A stretch of 64,000 nt of DNA from an uncultured Planctomycetota bacterium (GCA_963752285.1 CAVVXN010000005.1:320001-384000), one strand, 5' to 3'; shown: positions 29,885 through 40,656, counted from the stretch's first letter. The notes: generated from the sequence alone by a model not told the origin. A program made the numbers and translations.

Positions 29885-32287
29885 ATGCGTCGCCTCATCA
29901 CGGCGGTTCTGGGCTCGGTACTCCTCGCCTGTGCGGGAGCCGGCTCAGATGCTTCCTCCGCCTTGACGGAGGAGGACCGGGCCGACATCGCCTTCTTTGC
30001 CGGTTTTGGGTTCCCGGACGTCGCGGGGAAGCCCTTTGGCGAGGTGCCGATGGACGACGGCATCCAGGCACTTGACGGCGAGGTCCATGCGTTCACACAG
30101 CGAGGCTTCCTGCTCGCGACGCGGCGCGACGGCGCGCTCGTCGTCCAGACCGGCGAGCCGCTTCCCCATCGGTTCGGGCCGTCCGAGCCGGACGCACCCG
30201 CGTGGCGGAGGGTCGCCTGGCATCCGCTGGACCTCGCGGAGGTCGTACGACGACGTCTGGCTGGAGAGGACCAACCGAAGGCAACCGATCTCGACCTCGA
30301 GTTCGACGCTGATTCACCGCGGAACCACCGCTTTGCCGAGCGTCTCTCCACGACGGGACGGGTCTTGGCCCTCGCGTGGGCCTGCGCGCGCCAGGGGCTC
30401 TGCCGAGAGGCCCACGCGTTGCTCGCGAGGGCGCGGGAGAGCAGGAAGGCCCCGCTTCGTGAGGTGGCGCGCCCCGAGCTCTCGGTCGACGTGATCTGGC
30501 GGCTGGTGGAAGGGTTCGAGGATCCCGACGTGTCGCGCGAGACGCTCCTCGCGGGTTTCCAGGGATACCTCTCCGCGTTTCCCCACGTGAAGGAGCACTC
30601 GGAGACAGCCCGCGAGGCGACCCGGATTCTCATGCAGATGGTCGAGGAGGACCGGCGGCACGCCCTCGCCGCTCGTCCGATGGCCGAGATGACGAAGGAA
30701 GACCGCATCCGGGAGTGGATCTTCCGCCTTCGGGACCAGAACGGGTGCCAGGCGGCGCAGCCCGGCGGTCCCTCGATCTTCGCGACCAGCGGTCCCGAGG
30801 GGGCCTCTCCCGCCGAGCGCCTCGTCGTCGCGGGATACGACGCCGTCCCGTTTCTGATCGACGCCGTCGGGGACCGACGATTCACCCGGACCGTGGGCTT
30901 CTGGCGCGACTTCACGTACTCGCACTACGTCGTGCGGGTGGGCGGCGCCGCGGAGACCGTCCTGGAGCGCATCACCGGCCGGTCGTTCCAAGGGGCCGAT
31001 CGGAAACGTGCCTGGCGGACGTGGTGGGAGGCATTCTCCACGTCCGGGATCATCGCGGGTCTCGTGCGTGAGGTCTGTGCGGGCGGCGACGGTGCGATCG
31101 AAGCGGCGCGCGCCCTCGCGGCAAGGAGCCCGGACGGGGCGGTCTCCGCGATCCTCCGGGGCATCGAGAACACTCGTCCCGATTGGGCCCGCGGCTACCT
31201 CGTGGAGATCCTCGCGGGCATCCCGGGTGACGCGCAGCTCCCCTTCATGCAGAAGGAGGTCCGCGAGGGCCCGACGCTCGGCGACCGACTCCTCGCTGGC
31301 CGCTGGCTCTCATCCCACGGTCGTTCCGAGGGGAAGGAGATGGCCGCCGCGCTCTGGACCCGGGTCCAGAGCGAACGCGACCCCGAGCCGGACGCCGTGA
31401 TTCCGCTCGTCGTCTCGTTCTCGATCGCCGGGACCGAGGAGGCGGCCCGCGCCCTGGTGACTGGACTTCCGAATCTCCCACCCATCCTTCGCGGCGAGGC
31501 GATCGACTGGCTCTACGTCGGGTCGCTCCGGCCGACGGTCTGGGCTCCGGCCGAGCCCGCGGCCGAGACCCTCCTGATGGGCTACCTCGTCTCCGCGCTG
31601 GACGACGGGGCCGAGTACGTCCCCCGCGGGCAGGAGCAGTCTCCGCCTCCGGATGGCGAAACCCTCCGCGTCTCGGAGTGTGCCGCGCGCCGGCTCGCGG
31701 CCATATGGCGAGGCGAGGGCGTTTCGTTCACGGAGGACGCGTTCCGCGCCGACCGAGACCGTCAGATCCGGGCCATCCGAAACCACGCGCGCGAGAAGCA
31801 GGGGTTCGCGCCCCTCCCCGAACCGCCGCGACCCGACGTCCCGCTGCTGGGGAACCGGGTTCGAGAGGTCCGCGTCCTTCCTTCCGGCACCGACCTCGAC
31901 GCGGCGACGAAGGACCGCGTCGAGAGCCTGCGGGGCGAGACGATCACCGCGCGGGCGTTCGCCGAACTCCTGGACGGCGTGGCGCGTGCCCGCCCGGCAG
32001 GATCACGGGGCGTGGAAGGCGTGCTCTGGCGTCCCGAGGACGGTTCCGGTGTCGTCCTTACGCTGACCGTTCCTCCATCGAAGGACGCCATCGCGACGGG
32101 GGGTCCCATCGACTCCGAGGACGTCGAGATCCGTGTCGGACGCACGAGGACACTGAGCGCGGGATGGTCCGGCGGCCCCGTCGCGACCGCGACGAACCGG
32201 GCGTTTGTCGCCGAGCTCGACCAAGCGCTCGGGAGCCCGTTCGATGTCCCGGTGCGCGCGGTCGTCCGATGGACCGGAGCCCGCTGA
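29885..32287 (+). CDS. Secreted helical/HEAT-like hypothetical protein
   Basis: RBS GAGGAG, signal peptide MRRLITAVLGSVLLAC, 800 aa. Confidence 0.75.
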   Translation: MRRLITAVLGSVLLACAGAGSDASSALTEEDRADIAFFAGFGFPDVAGKPFGEVPMDDGIQALDGEVHAFTQRGFLLATRRDGALVVQTGEPLPHRFGPSEPDAPAWRRVAWHPLDLAEVVRRRLAGEDQPKATDLDLEFDADSPRNHRFAERLSTTGRVLALAWACARQGLCREAHALLARARESRKAPLREVARPELSVDVIWRLVEGFEDPDVSRETLLAGFQGYLSAFPHVKEHSETAREATRILMQMVEEDRRHALAARPMAEMTKEDRIREWIFRLRDQNGCQAAQPGGPSIFATSGPEGASPAERLVVAGYDAVPFLIDAVGDRRFTRTVGFWRDFTYSHYVVRVGGAAETVLERITGRSFQGADRKRAWRTWWEAFSTSGIIAGLVREVCAGGDGAIEAARALAARSPDGAVSAILRGIENTRPDWARGYLVEILAGIPGDAQLPFMQKEVREGPTLGDRLLAGRWLSSHGRSEGKEMAAALWTRVQSERDPEPDAVIPLVVSFSIAGTEEAARALVTGLPNLPPILRGEAIDWLYVGSLRPTVWAPAEPAAETLLMGYLVSALDDGAEYVPRGQEQSPPPDGETLRVSECAARRLAAIWRGEGVSFTEDAFRADRDRQIRAIRNHAREKQGFAPLPEPPRPDVPLLGNRVREVRVLPSGTDLDAATKDRVESLRGETITARAFAELLDGVARARPAGSRGVEGVLWRPEDGSGVVLTLTVPPSKDAIATGGPIDSEDVEIRVGRTRTLSAGWSGGPVATATNRAFVAELDQALGSPFDVPVRAVVRWTGAR

Positions 32288-32341
32288 GCGCACGCCAGGG
32301 AGCCCGCGGCTGGTCGCTACCGCGCGCCCTGCGTCACCGCC

Positions 32342-33199
32342 TCAACGGTCGGTGGGGGCGAGGAGATGCGCGTACGGCTCCAGGAGGAGGTCTCGCGCCT
32401 CGGCCGGACCCGTCGCCTGCACGACCTGTTGCGGCCCGCCCTGGGTCTTGATCGACTCGGTGAGACGGACCGCGCCTCCCGTTTCGTCGATGCGAACTGT
32501 GCGAGCGAACTGGCCCATCCGAAGCCCCAGGAGCTTGGACTCGCTATGGTCCTTCTCGTAGGCGTCCTTCTCCTCGGGCGTCAGGTTGCGGTCGACCCAG
32601 TCCCGCCAGCGTTCGATCACCCGGTTCCCCTCGTCTCGATACGGGCCGATCTTGATGGTCGTGACCTCACCGTCCCGCGAGACCTCCGCGTGCTCCTTCT
32701 CCAGCGTCTCGATCTCTCCGAGCACCTGAGCGAACTGCGTGGTCATGGCCTCACGTCGGCTCGCGTCGAGGCCGAGGGTTCGCGCGAGCTTCCGCACCTC
32801 GCTCCCCTCCGCCTCGAGAGCCGGGCCGCCCGGGATCGCCACGGGTTCCGCCAGCGTCGCCCCGCCCGCCGCCTCGAGCTTCTCGAACGCGTCCAGGACG
32901 GGCTTCACGCGCTCCGTCGCCGCGGCTTGCGCCTTTCGCAGGTCGTCGACTTCCTTCTCGAGGGCCCCGACGCGCCCGGCGAGGTCTTTCGACGTGTCCC
33001 GGCCGCGAAGCGTCGGGGTCGGGGCAGGGGGCGACGGGGCCGGCGGTTCGTGCGGGATCTCGGCGCGGACCGTCGGGTTCGCCCGCGTTCCGAAGAACGC
33101 CGCGCCGAGGTACGCGCCGAGTCCCAGGACCGCCGCCGTCAGGAGGGAGGTGACCAGGAGGTCCGTTCGGACCCGACCCCCTTCGAGTCGTCGCTTCAT
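32342..33199 (-). CDS. Membrane-anchored coiled-coil hypothetical protein
   Basis: N-terminal TM (RTDLLVTSLLTAAVLGLG) followed by a coiled coil. Confidence 0.7.
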   Translation of the reverse strand: MKRRLEGGRVRTDLLVTSLLTAAVLGLGAYLGAAFFGTRANPTVRAEIPHEPPAPSPPAPTPTLRGRDTSKDLAGRVGALEKEVDDLRKAQAAATERVKPVLDAFEKLEAAGGATLAEPVAIPGGPALEAEGSEVRKLARTLGLDASRREAMTTQFAQVLGEIETLEKEHAEVSRDGEVTTIKIGPYRDEGNRVIERWRDWVDRNLTPEEKDAYEKDHSESKLLGLRMGQFARTVRIDETGGAVRLTESIKTQGGPQQVVQATGPAEARDLLLEPYAHLLAPTDR

Positions 33200-33401
33200 G
33201 GTCCACGCCCCCTCGTCCAAACGACACGACCGCGCGCGCATCCCGGCCCCGCGGACGCACGCAGTCTGACTCTCGTCTCCGGGTCCCGCACGGAGGAGGG
33301 GCCGGCGCGTTCGCCCCTCCCTGCCGAAATGCGCCGCGCGAGGGCCATCTCCTCCGTGGCGCGCCGAGCCGGCGTCCGGCCTCCCGCGACGCCCCGTTCG
33401 C

Positions 33402-34106
33402 TCACGACGGCGTGTCGATCCAGAAGGCCCGGTAGCGGAGGCGCTCGTCGGTTCGGTGGGGGCGTTCCGTTCGCCCCGTGACGGCGAACCCGAGGGCCGA
33501 GACCTCCGCTTCGAGCGAGAGGGCGGCCAGGAGGTCGTCTCGCTCCTCGTTGTAGACGCCGATCACGAGCCGTCCGCCCGGCGCGACCGAGCGGTCGAGC
33601 AGGCACTCCACGAGATCGCGTCGCCGGCGACGCGGGACGTACTCGAGGCCCGTTCGGACCACGTCGTAGCGTCGAGGCGGCGCCCAGGTGAGGGCGTTTC
33701 CCACGTGGATGCGATCGGCCCAGTGGGGGAGGCGCTCCCGGGCGAGCCGTGCGAGGGGCGCCGAGACGTCGAGGCCGTGCGGCTCGATCGCGAGACCGCG
33801 CTCCGCCGCCCAGGCGACCACCGACTCCATCAGGTGGCCGTTCGCGCACCCGACGTCGAGGAAGGTCCCGGACCTCAGGAACGCGTCGCACACGAGCTCG
33901 CGCGCCTGCCGCCAGTGGTCGGGGTCGCCGGAGTGGCCCGACTGCGCGCGGGGGTTTCGGCCCGCGAGGTAGGCCGGCGTGACGACGGCGTCGACGCGCC
34001 GAAACCACTCGTCCTCCGTGATGCGTCCGGCGTCCAGGTCGGCGTCCGCGTCCGCGAGGAGGTGGTGGCCGCGGTTCTTGGCGCGCTCGATCGACTCGTC
34101 CGACAC
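33402..34106 (-). CDS. Class I SAM-dependent methyltransferase
   Basis: FLDVGCANG motif I, HGLDVS; strong RBS. Confidence 0.85.
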   Translation of the reverse strand: MSDESIERAKNRGHHLLADADADLDAGRITEDEWFRRVDAVVTPAYLAGRNPRAQSGHSGDPDHWRQARELVCDAFLRSGTFLDVGCANGHLMESVVAWAAERGLAIEPHGLDVSAPLARLARERLPHWADRIHVGNALTWAPPRRYDVVRTGLEYVPRRRRRDLVECLLDRSVAPGGRLVIGVYNEERDDLLAALSLEAEVSALGFAVTGRTERPHRTDERLRYRAFWIDTPS

Positions 34107-34278
34107 CGCGGTCCTCCTCTCCGACGCCCGGCCGTCCGATCCTCTCACGGGCCGGTGGACCGCGCGGGTCCCAACTGGCCGTACGGAGCGGGCTCCTGAC
34201 GCCCATTTACGCGACGCGCATCCGGCGTCGGAGGCGAAGGAATGAGGGCGGGGAGCCTGGCTTCCGTATTTCAGGCCG

Positions 34279-34364
34279 GGAGTACCGAGGCGGGGCAATT
34301 CCCGCCGCTATGTGACGGAAGGCCGCGCTCCGTCTCGCCGGGGTGCGGTCGGCTGCGCCGGGCG
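34279..34364 (-). repeat. Intergenic two-hairpin repeat, copy B
   Basis: GACGGAGCGCGGCCTTCCGTC...GCGGCGGGAATTGCCCCGCCTCGGTACT on the minus strand. Confidence 0.75.
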
Positions 34365-34507
34365 ATGAGCGCGGCACTCGGCTCGGCCTCGTCCCGTTCC
34401 CGCGCGGCTGTCGGTGGCGCGTCCACCGACGGGCCACACCCGAACCTGGAGCTTCCGGCGGGCGCCGGCACGGGCGGCGGGCCGACGACGAAATCCGGGT
34501 GGTCAGG

Positions 34508-36178
34508 TCAGCCGCCAGACGGCGCGTCGAACCGCACGGAGCGGGAGGAGCCGTCGTCGCGCTCGACCTCGACCTCGACCCACGGACCGGGGTAGGGGCC
34601 GAGTCGTTCGCCGCGGTCGGGAACGGTCCCGGGATCCTCCGACCACGACGTCGTCGTTCCGAGCCGCCAGATCCCGAGCTCGCCGCCCGCCGGGTGCCGC
34701 ACGTGGAACGCCCGGCAGGCCCCCTCGGCCGGCAGCGCGCGGTCCACATCGACGAAGACCCCCGGCTCGAGACTGACGTTCACGGAATCGGATCCTCCGC
34801 GTGGGATCTGGACCGAGGGCACGATCGCGGACCGACCCGACACGACCTCGCAGACGAACAGCGTGACCTCGCCCGGCGGCACGTACCGGAACACGTACTC
34901 CGTGTCGCTCTCCCGCTCCATCTTCCCTGCGAGGTCGCCCCAGGTGGAGGGCGTTCCGAATGTCCGTTCGCCCTCGGAAGCGAGCGCTGCCGGCCGACGA
35001 AACAGGAACGACGCGGGCGCGGCGTACGTCCCCGCCTCCATGGCGAGCTTCCGCCGCGGCAGCTCCGCGAGGACGGGAATCCGGACCCGGAGCGTCCCGA
35101 GCGTCTCGTCCGGCTCGAGGGACACCTCGACCCGCGCTTCGTCGCCCGGTGCGGGCACGAAGATCGGACCGGTCTCCCGAACGTGGTACCCCATCGCCCA
35201 CACGCGGGCCGAGTAGACGCCTGGGCGGATCCCGAGGTTCAGGCGAAGCTCCCCACCGGCGAGTGCGGTGGAGCCGCCCCACAGGAGCCGGCCGTCCGGG
35301 TGGAGGAGGGCGTACGAGAAGCCGCGCGGGAGCGGATCGTGCGTCGAGGCGTCCGAGACGTGGAACACGATCACGCCGGAGCGTGAGAGCGTGAACACGA
35401 CGGGGTCCTGCGGCGGGTCGACCACCATGTTCTCCGGGTCCACGTTCCACCAGAGATGGTCGTATCCGACCTCGATCCGTACCGGCGACGTGCTGGACGA
35501 AGGCACACTCACGTACGAGGTGCCCGGCGCCAGCTCGAACTCCTGCTCCACGTTCCACGCCTCCCCAGGCCGCGGCCACGCGACGCCGTGTGCGGCGACG
35601 ACCTCGATGCGTGACCCGAACTCGGGCGCCGATCCGTCCGCGTTCACGACGCGTACGCCCAGGAGCGGTCCGTCCCGCATCTCCAGTCGAAGGGAGCTCG
35701 CTCCCGGAGCGTCCCCGTCCACGTACGCGGGCAAATGGCCCTTCGCCACCGCGCCCACCCAGTGCCCGGCGAGGACCCGCCGCCCGAGGTCCCACGTCCC
35801 ATCCGCCCCGGTCGTCTGGTGGGGCGGGTCCTCCGGCTCCGCGCCCCGCGCACGCCCGATCTTCGGCACGACGAAGACCGTCGCGCCCGCGAGGGGCTGT
35901 CCCGCCGCATCGACGACGACGCCTCGGCACGGCACGCCCCCCGTCGGAGTCGAGCCTCCGGCTTCCTCCGTCGTCGCGGGTCCGCTCGAGGGCGCCGCAT
36001 TCGAGACCGACCCCTCGCCTTCGACGGGCGTCCGCCCCTCGAGGCGCGTGGCCTCGGAAGTCGAGCCCTCGGTCCGAACGCGATCCGTGCCCGGACGCAC
36101 ATCGGCGCCCTTCCCGCCGATCGCGAACCAGGAGATGCAGCTTGCGAGCGCGAGGCTTGCGAGCACGACCCGACGCAT
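34508..36178 (-). CDS. Carboxypeptidase-regulatory-like domain protein
   Basis: Signal peptide; RGVVVDAAGQPLAGATV, TTGADGTW. Confidence 0.75.
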   Translation of the reverse strand: MRRVVLASLALASCISWFAIGGKGADVRPGTDRVRTEGSTSEATRLEGRTPVEGEGSVSNAAPSSGPATTEEAGGSTPTGGVPCRGVVVDAAGQPLAGATVFVVPKIGRARGAEPEDPPHQTTGADGTWDLGRRVLAGHWVGAVAKGHLPAYVDGDAPGASSLRLEMRDGPLLGVRVVNADGSAPEFGSRIEVVAAHGVAWPRPGEAWNVEQEFELAPGTSYVSVPSSSTSPVRIEVGYDHLWWNVDPENMVVDPPQDPVVFTLSRSGVIVFHVSDASTHDPLPRGFSYALLHPDGRLLWGGSTALAGGELRLNLGIRPGVYSARVWAMGYHVRETGPIFVPAPGDEARVEVSLEPDETLGTLRVRIPVLAELPRRKLAMEAGTYAAPASFLFRRPAALASEGERTFGTPSTWGDLAGKMERESDTEYVFRYVPPGEVTLFVCEVVSGRSAIVPSVQIPRGGSDSVNVSLEPGVFVDVDRALPAEGACRAFHVRHPAGGELGIWRLGTTTSWSEDPGTVPDRGERLGPYPGPWVEVEVERDDGSSRSVRFDAPSGG

Positions 36179-36394
36179 CGGGCTCGAGAGTCCTTCGCTC
36201 CGACGGGTCGATGATTCCGAGTCGCGATCCGGTGAGCTCACGGGCGGAGGATACCGCCGCGACGGCCAAGGCCACGGCGGCGCGCGCGGCGGCGTGTGAC
36301 ACGAGCCGCGGCACCGCCGACGCGCCGGCCGACGCGCCCGCCGTCCGCCGGGCCTCCGCGCGCAAGCGCGCGATCGTACGCGCCCGACGGCGTC

Positions 36395-36778
36395 CTACTC
36401 GTCGAAGTCCAGGGGAGCCTGTGTGCCGTACGGCGGGCCGTGTTCGGCCCTGTCGGCACGGAGAGCGCCAACATCAGGCTCGCCGCCCGCCGCGACCGGA
36501 TATGGGCAGGGCAGCCGTTGCCTTCGGTACACCAGGACGTTCGGGTCCCCGGGGTGCGAGCCAAACCCGAGCAGGTCCCAGTCAACGAACATCGACCCGC
36601 ATTCGCAGGTGAAGTACTCGTCATCGTTCGCCGACGTCATGGTCCCGCACCCGGCGCAGCGGTAGGCTACGTCCGGCGTCCGAGTCCAATCCGTGCTCGA
36701 CGCCAGCCCAGGTCCACGCGCAAGGTACTCGTAGCCGATCATCGCTGTGACGGAGACGGGCGTGTGGACCTCGCCCAT
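36395..36778 (-). CDS. Small Cys-rich (CxxC...CxC) hypothetical protein
   Basis: YRCAGCG...FTCECGSM. Confidence 0.5.
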   Translation of the reverse strand: MGEVHTPVSVTAMIGYEYLARGPGLASSTDWTRTPDVAYRCAGCGTMTSANDDEYFTCECGSMFVDWDLLGFGSHPGDPNVLVYRRQRLPCPYPVAAGGEPDVGALRADRAEHGPPYGTQAPLDFDE

Positions 36779-36800
36779 CCCCACTCCCCACTCCCCACGC

Positions 36801-37157
36801 CTACAACACGACCTCGCGCTCTTCGGCTCCCGGTCCACCTCGTCGAACCACAACCCGCGCGCCCTGGCAGAGAGGGTAAGAGCGCAGGACGGGTTCGACG
36901 GTTGCGAACAGTCTCTCGGCGTCCTTGCCGTACATGAACAAGGTCACCTCTCCTGGACCGAACTCGTTGCCGTCGAATTCCCCAGTCCCCTCACGGGCGA
37001 GCACACCGGTCAGCAGGTCCTCGATGGTCGCCACGTCGCACTGCTCGTAGACCTCGTCGGGGAGGCCCGTACCGTCGAGGTGCACGAGGACGGCCTGGTC
37101 CGGCCTGCCCTGGTTGGCGCCCTGCCCGCGTCGGAAGAGGCGATCGAGGAAACCCAT
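36801..37157 (-). CDS. Small acidic hypothetical protein, immunity-like
   Basis: MGFLDRLF leader; GEFDGNEFG...LFMYGKDAERLF. Confidence 0.7.
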   Translation of the reverse strand: MGFLDRLFRRGQGANQGRPDQAVLVHLDGTGLPDEVYEQCDVATIEDLLTGVLAREGTGEFDGNEFGPGEVTLFMYGKDAERLFATVEPVLRSYPLCQGARVVVRRGGPGAEEREVVL

Positions 37158-37379
37158 GCCCGGATCCTAATCGGCGCGGTGCCTGCTCTCCAGTTCCTCC
37201 ATCCACCCGCGCCGGATTGGCCGGGCGTGGGGGAGGCGCGTTGCGTTCCGCGCGACGACCTGTGAACATGGCAACTGGAACGCAACGGATGTGGGATCCC
37301 AGGGTCCCGGCGCGCACGGACAACCGCAGACAAGGACCGGTACCCTGGGGCCGACACCGCTTGAGAGCTCGGAGCTGAC

Positions 37380-37952
37380 ATGTCGTGGCCGGATCCGAAC
37401 CGCGCGATCGAGGAGCTTCATGCGATCCAGACGAACGCCGCGCACGGTCAGCGGCCGCCCGCGGCGTTCGCACGCGCGTGTGCGCTCATCTCGCATCCCG
37501 ACAGTGACTGCCGCTGGCAGGCCCTGATCGCCGTCGGGGGGTGGATCGCGTCCGACCCGGAGCTCGTCTGGCAAGTCGTTCTGCGGCACGGCGCCACCGA
37601 GGAGGAGGACTTGCGGGCCGGCGTCGGTTGCGTCCTCCTCGAGCATCTCCTCGATGAGCGCTTCGACGGGTACTTCCCCCGCCTCGCCTCCCTCCTGGAG
37701 GAGGGCGCGCCGTGCCTCGCCGACACCTTCACGTTCTGCTGGCGGTTGGGGCAGTCCGACGAGCAGTGGCGCGAGATCGAGCGCCTGAAGCGGCGTGTCG
37801 CGGACCAAGCCGCCTCCGCCCCCCGGGGACGAGGCATCGAGGTCGACCAGACGCTCGCCGGAATCCTCCGCCACCTGCAAGACGGGGTCGAGCCCGGTGA
37901 AGCACCCGGTCGTCATTCACGGGACGGCCGACGCCCCCACGATCCGACCTAG
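37380..37952 (+). CDS. Helical-repeat hypothetical protein
   Basis: RBS GGAG, 190-aa ORF. Confidence 0.55.
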   Translation: MSWPDPNRAIEELHAIQTNAAHGQRPPAAFARACALISHPDSDCRWQALIAVGGWIASDPELVWQVVLRHGATEEEDLRAGVGCVLLEHLLDERFDGYFPRLASLLEEGAPCLADTFTFCWRLGQSDEQWREIERLKRRVADQAASAPRGRGIEVDQTLAGILRHLQDGVEPGEAPGRHSRDGRRPHDPT

Positions 37953-38151
37953 ACGGGGCGCTCCTGCGGCAGCCCATGGTTCTCAACCGGGCACAGGCGC
38001 CTTCGCGGCGACTCGGGAGGAAGGCATGGATGGTCGCGGATCACGTGCGGCACCGGGAGGGGGCTCGAGATGAGCGCGTAGAGGTCGCGTGCATGCCGTC
38101 GACGGCGCGTCCGTAGCCGCCGAGGAGATCGGGGCGCGTCCCGACGCTCGG

Positions 38152-39930
38152 TCAGCGGGGCGAGGGGAGGCGGATCTCGAGCGTCTCGTGCTCGCCCGAC
38201 GCGAGGGTGACCTTGCCGCGACCGCCGCGGCTGCCCCAGCGGGCGCGAAGGGTCCACGTCCCGGAGGGGAAGTGATCGAGGCGTCGCTCGCCCCCGACAT
38301 CGGTCAACGTGTCGAGGCGCTGCACGTCGCCCGAGACGTCGGCCCACGCCGCGCCCTCCGGGATCCGGAGCTCGGCGTAGGGGAGAGGCTCGCCCTCCTC
38401 GTCGAGGACCCGCACGAGTACCTCGCCGCCGGCGTCCTCGACGAGACGGAAGCGGGTGGTGACGCCGGCGCGGACATTCACCTTCGCTTCGGTGCGGACC
38501 CATCCCGGCTCCGCGAGCAGGAGCATCCTCTCCCCAGACGCGACGTCGGCGAAGTGGACTTTCCCGTAGGCGTCCGTGTCGATCTCCTGCCCGTCCAGGT
38601 GAACCGCGGCGCCGCAGATCGGCTCCCCGAAGGCGGTGACCACGTCGGCGTCCACGGATCCGGTCGGCCCCGACCGGGACCCCGCGCCCACTCAGCCGAA
38701 GCCCAAGCCCAAGCACGGGAAGTAGTCGTCGACGATGACGTTCGGGTCGAAGACGGCGGTCACCACGAGCGGCCACTCGGCACACTCGGGGAGTCGTCCC
38801 TTGGCGATGGCGTCGAGGCCCGGGTCGAGCGGTTCCAGGTCGAGCCACGCGCCGTCCGGGACGTTCCCGTCGGGGAGCGCGGCGAAGTCGTCGTCGAACG
38901 CGCGGACGTGCGGAATATCGGACGACAACTCGCTCGTTTCGTCCTTCGCTCCGTGGCCGCGTTGCTGCGCCAGGATGCGCACCCACTCGTGGGGCAGGTG
39001 GGGGACACCGAGGACCCTCTGTAGCCGGCCCTCGCTCCGGGTCGCGACGCGCCGTCGAAGCAGGTGTCCCGCGACCTCCACCTGTACGGCGTCCGCCTCG
39101 ACCTCGGCGCCCGCCACGTCGATGGCCCGGAGCCACACGTTGGCCTCGCGGCGGAGCGGAGCCACGACGAGAAGCGAACCGGCGCGTCGCGACACGGTGC
39201 CCCGCGCGTCGAGGCCGTCGAACGCGACGTAGCCCTCCGGTGCCTCGGGCTCGAGCCCGAGGTCCACACGGGACGATCGGTCGATGGGGACCGAGCGCTC
39301 CGGGTCCATCTCGGCTGGCGCTCGTCCTCCGGCCCCGCGGACCCGGAAGCGCACATCCGGCAGGACCTCGCCGGTCGCCGCGTCCCGGAAGGCCACGGTC
39401 ACGCGCACCCTCGCCTCACACGTGAGAACGGTCGTCGGCCCCCGGACCGTCGCCCGGACGCGGGGCCCGTACCGAACGCCGCGGGTCGGCGAGTCGGCCT
39501 CGACCACCGCCGTGCCGTCGTACGGCACGTCGTCGAAGGTCGCCTCTCCACCGTCGTCGGTATCGATGAAGCGTGACGTGCCCCCGGATCGGCACATGGT
39601 GACTTGGACCCCCGCGCAAGTCCCCTGGCCGTCCACGACGCGCACGGTCGCCGGACCGCGCGTCGCGGCGGGCGGGGCTACGCGGGGAGCCGGAGCGCGG
39701 CCGCGAAGTGTCACGGCGGTAGAGCGGGCGTTCGACGCGTCGGACGCGGACGCAGCCGGCGTCGTCGCACCGCCGACTCGGATCGACGGGCCACCACGCC
39801 CGCCCGGCCCGGCCCGAAGCGTTCCCGCCACCACGGTGCTTGCGCCGATGGCGCCGAGCGTCGCGACGAGGCAGAGACGATTCACGTAGGAGAGAAACGT
39901 AGGTGTCCGCCGCCCGGTTCGCCCCCTCAT
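38152..39930 (-). pseudogene. Carboxypeptidase-regulatory-like domain protein split by an in-frame TGA (38692-38694)
   Basis: ORFs 38692..39930 and 38152..38691 are contiguous in one frame; repeated TDxxG motifs. Confidence 0.7.
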
Positions 39931-39940
39931 GGTCGGTCAG

Positions 39941-40038
39941 GAAGTACGGAGGCGGGAAGTACGGAGGCGAAGTACGGAGGCGGGGCAATCTTCGCCGCTT
40001 CGTGGCGGAAGGCCGCGCTCCGTCTCGCCGGGGTGCGG
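39941..40038 (-). repeat. Two-hairpin repeat copy C with triplicated end GAAGTACGGAGGCG
   Basis: 39971-40038 matches 34281-34348; three tandem copies of the 14-mer in 39941-39982. Confidence 0.8.
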
Positions 40039-40255
40039 GCGAGGGCAAGGCGGGAGGAGGAGGCGACCCCGAGTCCTTGTCTGTGATCGGGGGTCGCTGA
40101 CGACGAACGACGCCGCCATCGGTGTGCTGACGTGCAGAGGGCCGCGTGACTCACGAAGGTTCATGGGTTGGGCGGGCGAGGAGAGCGCGGCGCGTAGACG
40201 CCGTCGCGAATCTCTTGGGCGCCCAGAGGGTCGAAACGGGCGAACCCAGCCCGGA

Positions 40256-40582
40256 TCAGCCTCCGGCCCGCCGCGCCGAAAGGCCTCGGTCGAGGAGCAC
40301 GGCCACGATCCGGTCTCGGTGATCGCCCTGGATCTCGATCCTTCGCCCCTTGACCGTCCCCCCCGCGGCGCAGCGAGCCCTCAGCACCTTGGCGACCTCT
40401 TCGATCGCCGCGGGGTGTCCCGGCAGGTTCTCGACCACGGTCACGACCTTGCCCCCGCGTCCCTTCCGTTCGAGCCGCACCCGAACGGCCCCCGCGGGCG
40501 ATCGCGGCATCGGCGACTCGCGCTCCGGGGCCGGCGTCCCGTCACTGCTCCAGACCGACCGGGGACGTCTGGGGTCGTTCAT
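40256..40582 (-). CDS. yciH: Translation initiation factor SUI1/YciH family
   Basis: RLERKGRGGKVVTVV...CAAGGTVK...IEIQGDHR. Confidence 0.9.
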   Translation of the reverse strand: MNDPRRPRSVWSSDGTPAPERESPMPRSPAGAVRVRLERKGRGGKVVTVVENLPGHPAAIEEVAKVLRARCAAGGTVKGRRIEIQGDHRDRIVAVLLDRGLSARRAGG

Positions 40583-40656
40583 CGGCACTCTCTCCCGGGC
40601 GTCGGAGCCCGGATCCCGGGTGCTCCTCGCGGGAACTCGAGCTCTCGAGCGCCCGC

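Noticed and set aside
19984..38694. Alternative genetic code explaining the in-frame TAG and TGA
   Set aside because: Both codons act as normal stops in many intact genes here, and the two cases involve different codons.
39941..39982. CRISPR array
   Set aside because: Repeats are 14 bp with essentially no spacers, and no cas genes are present.
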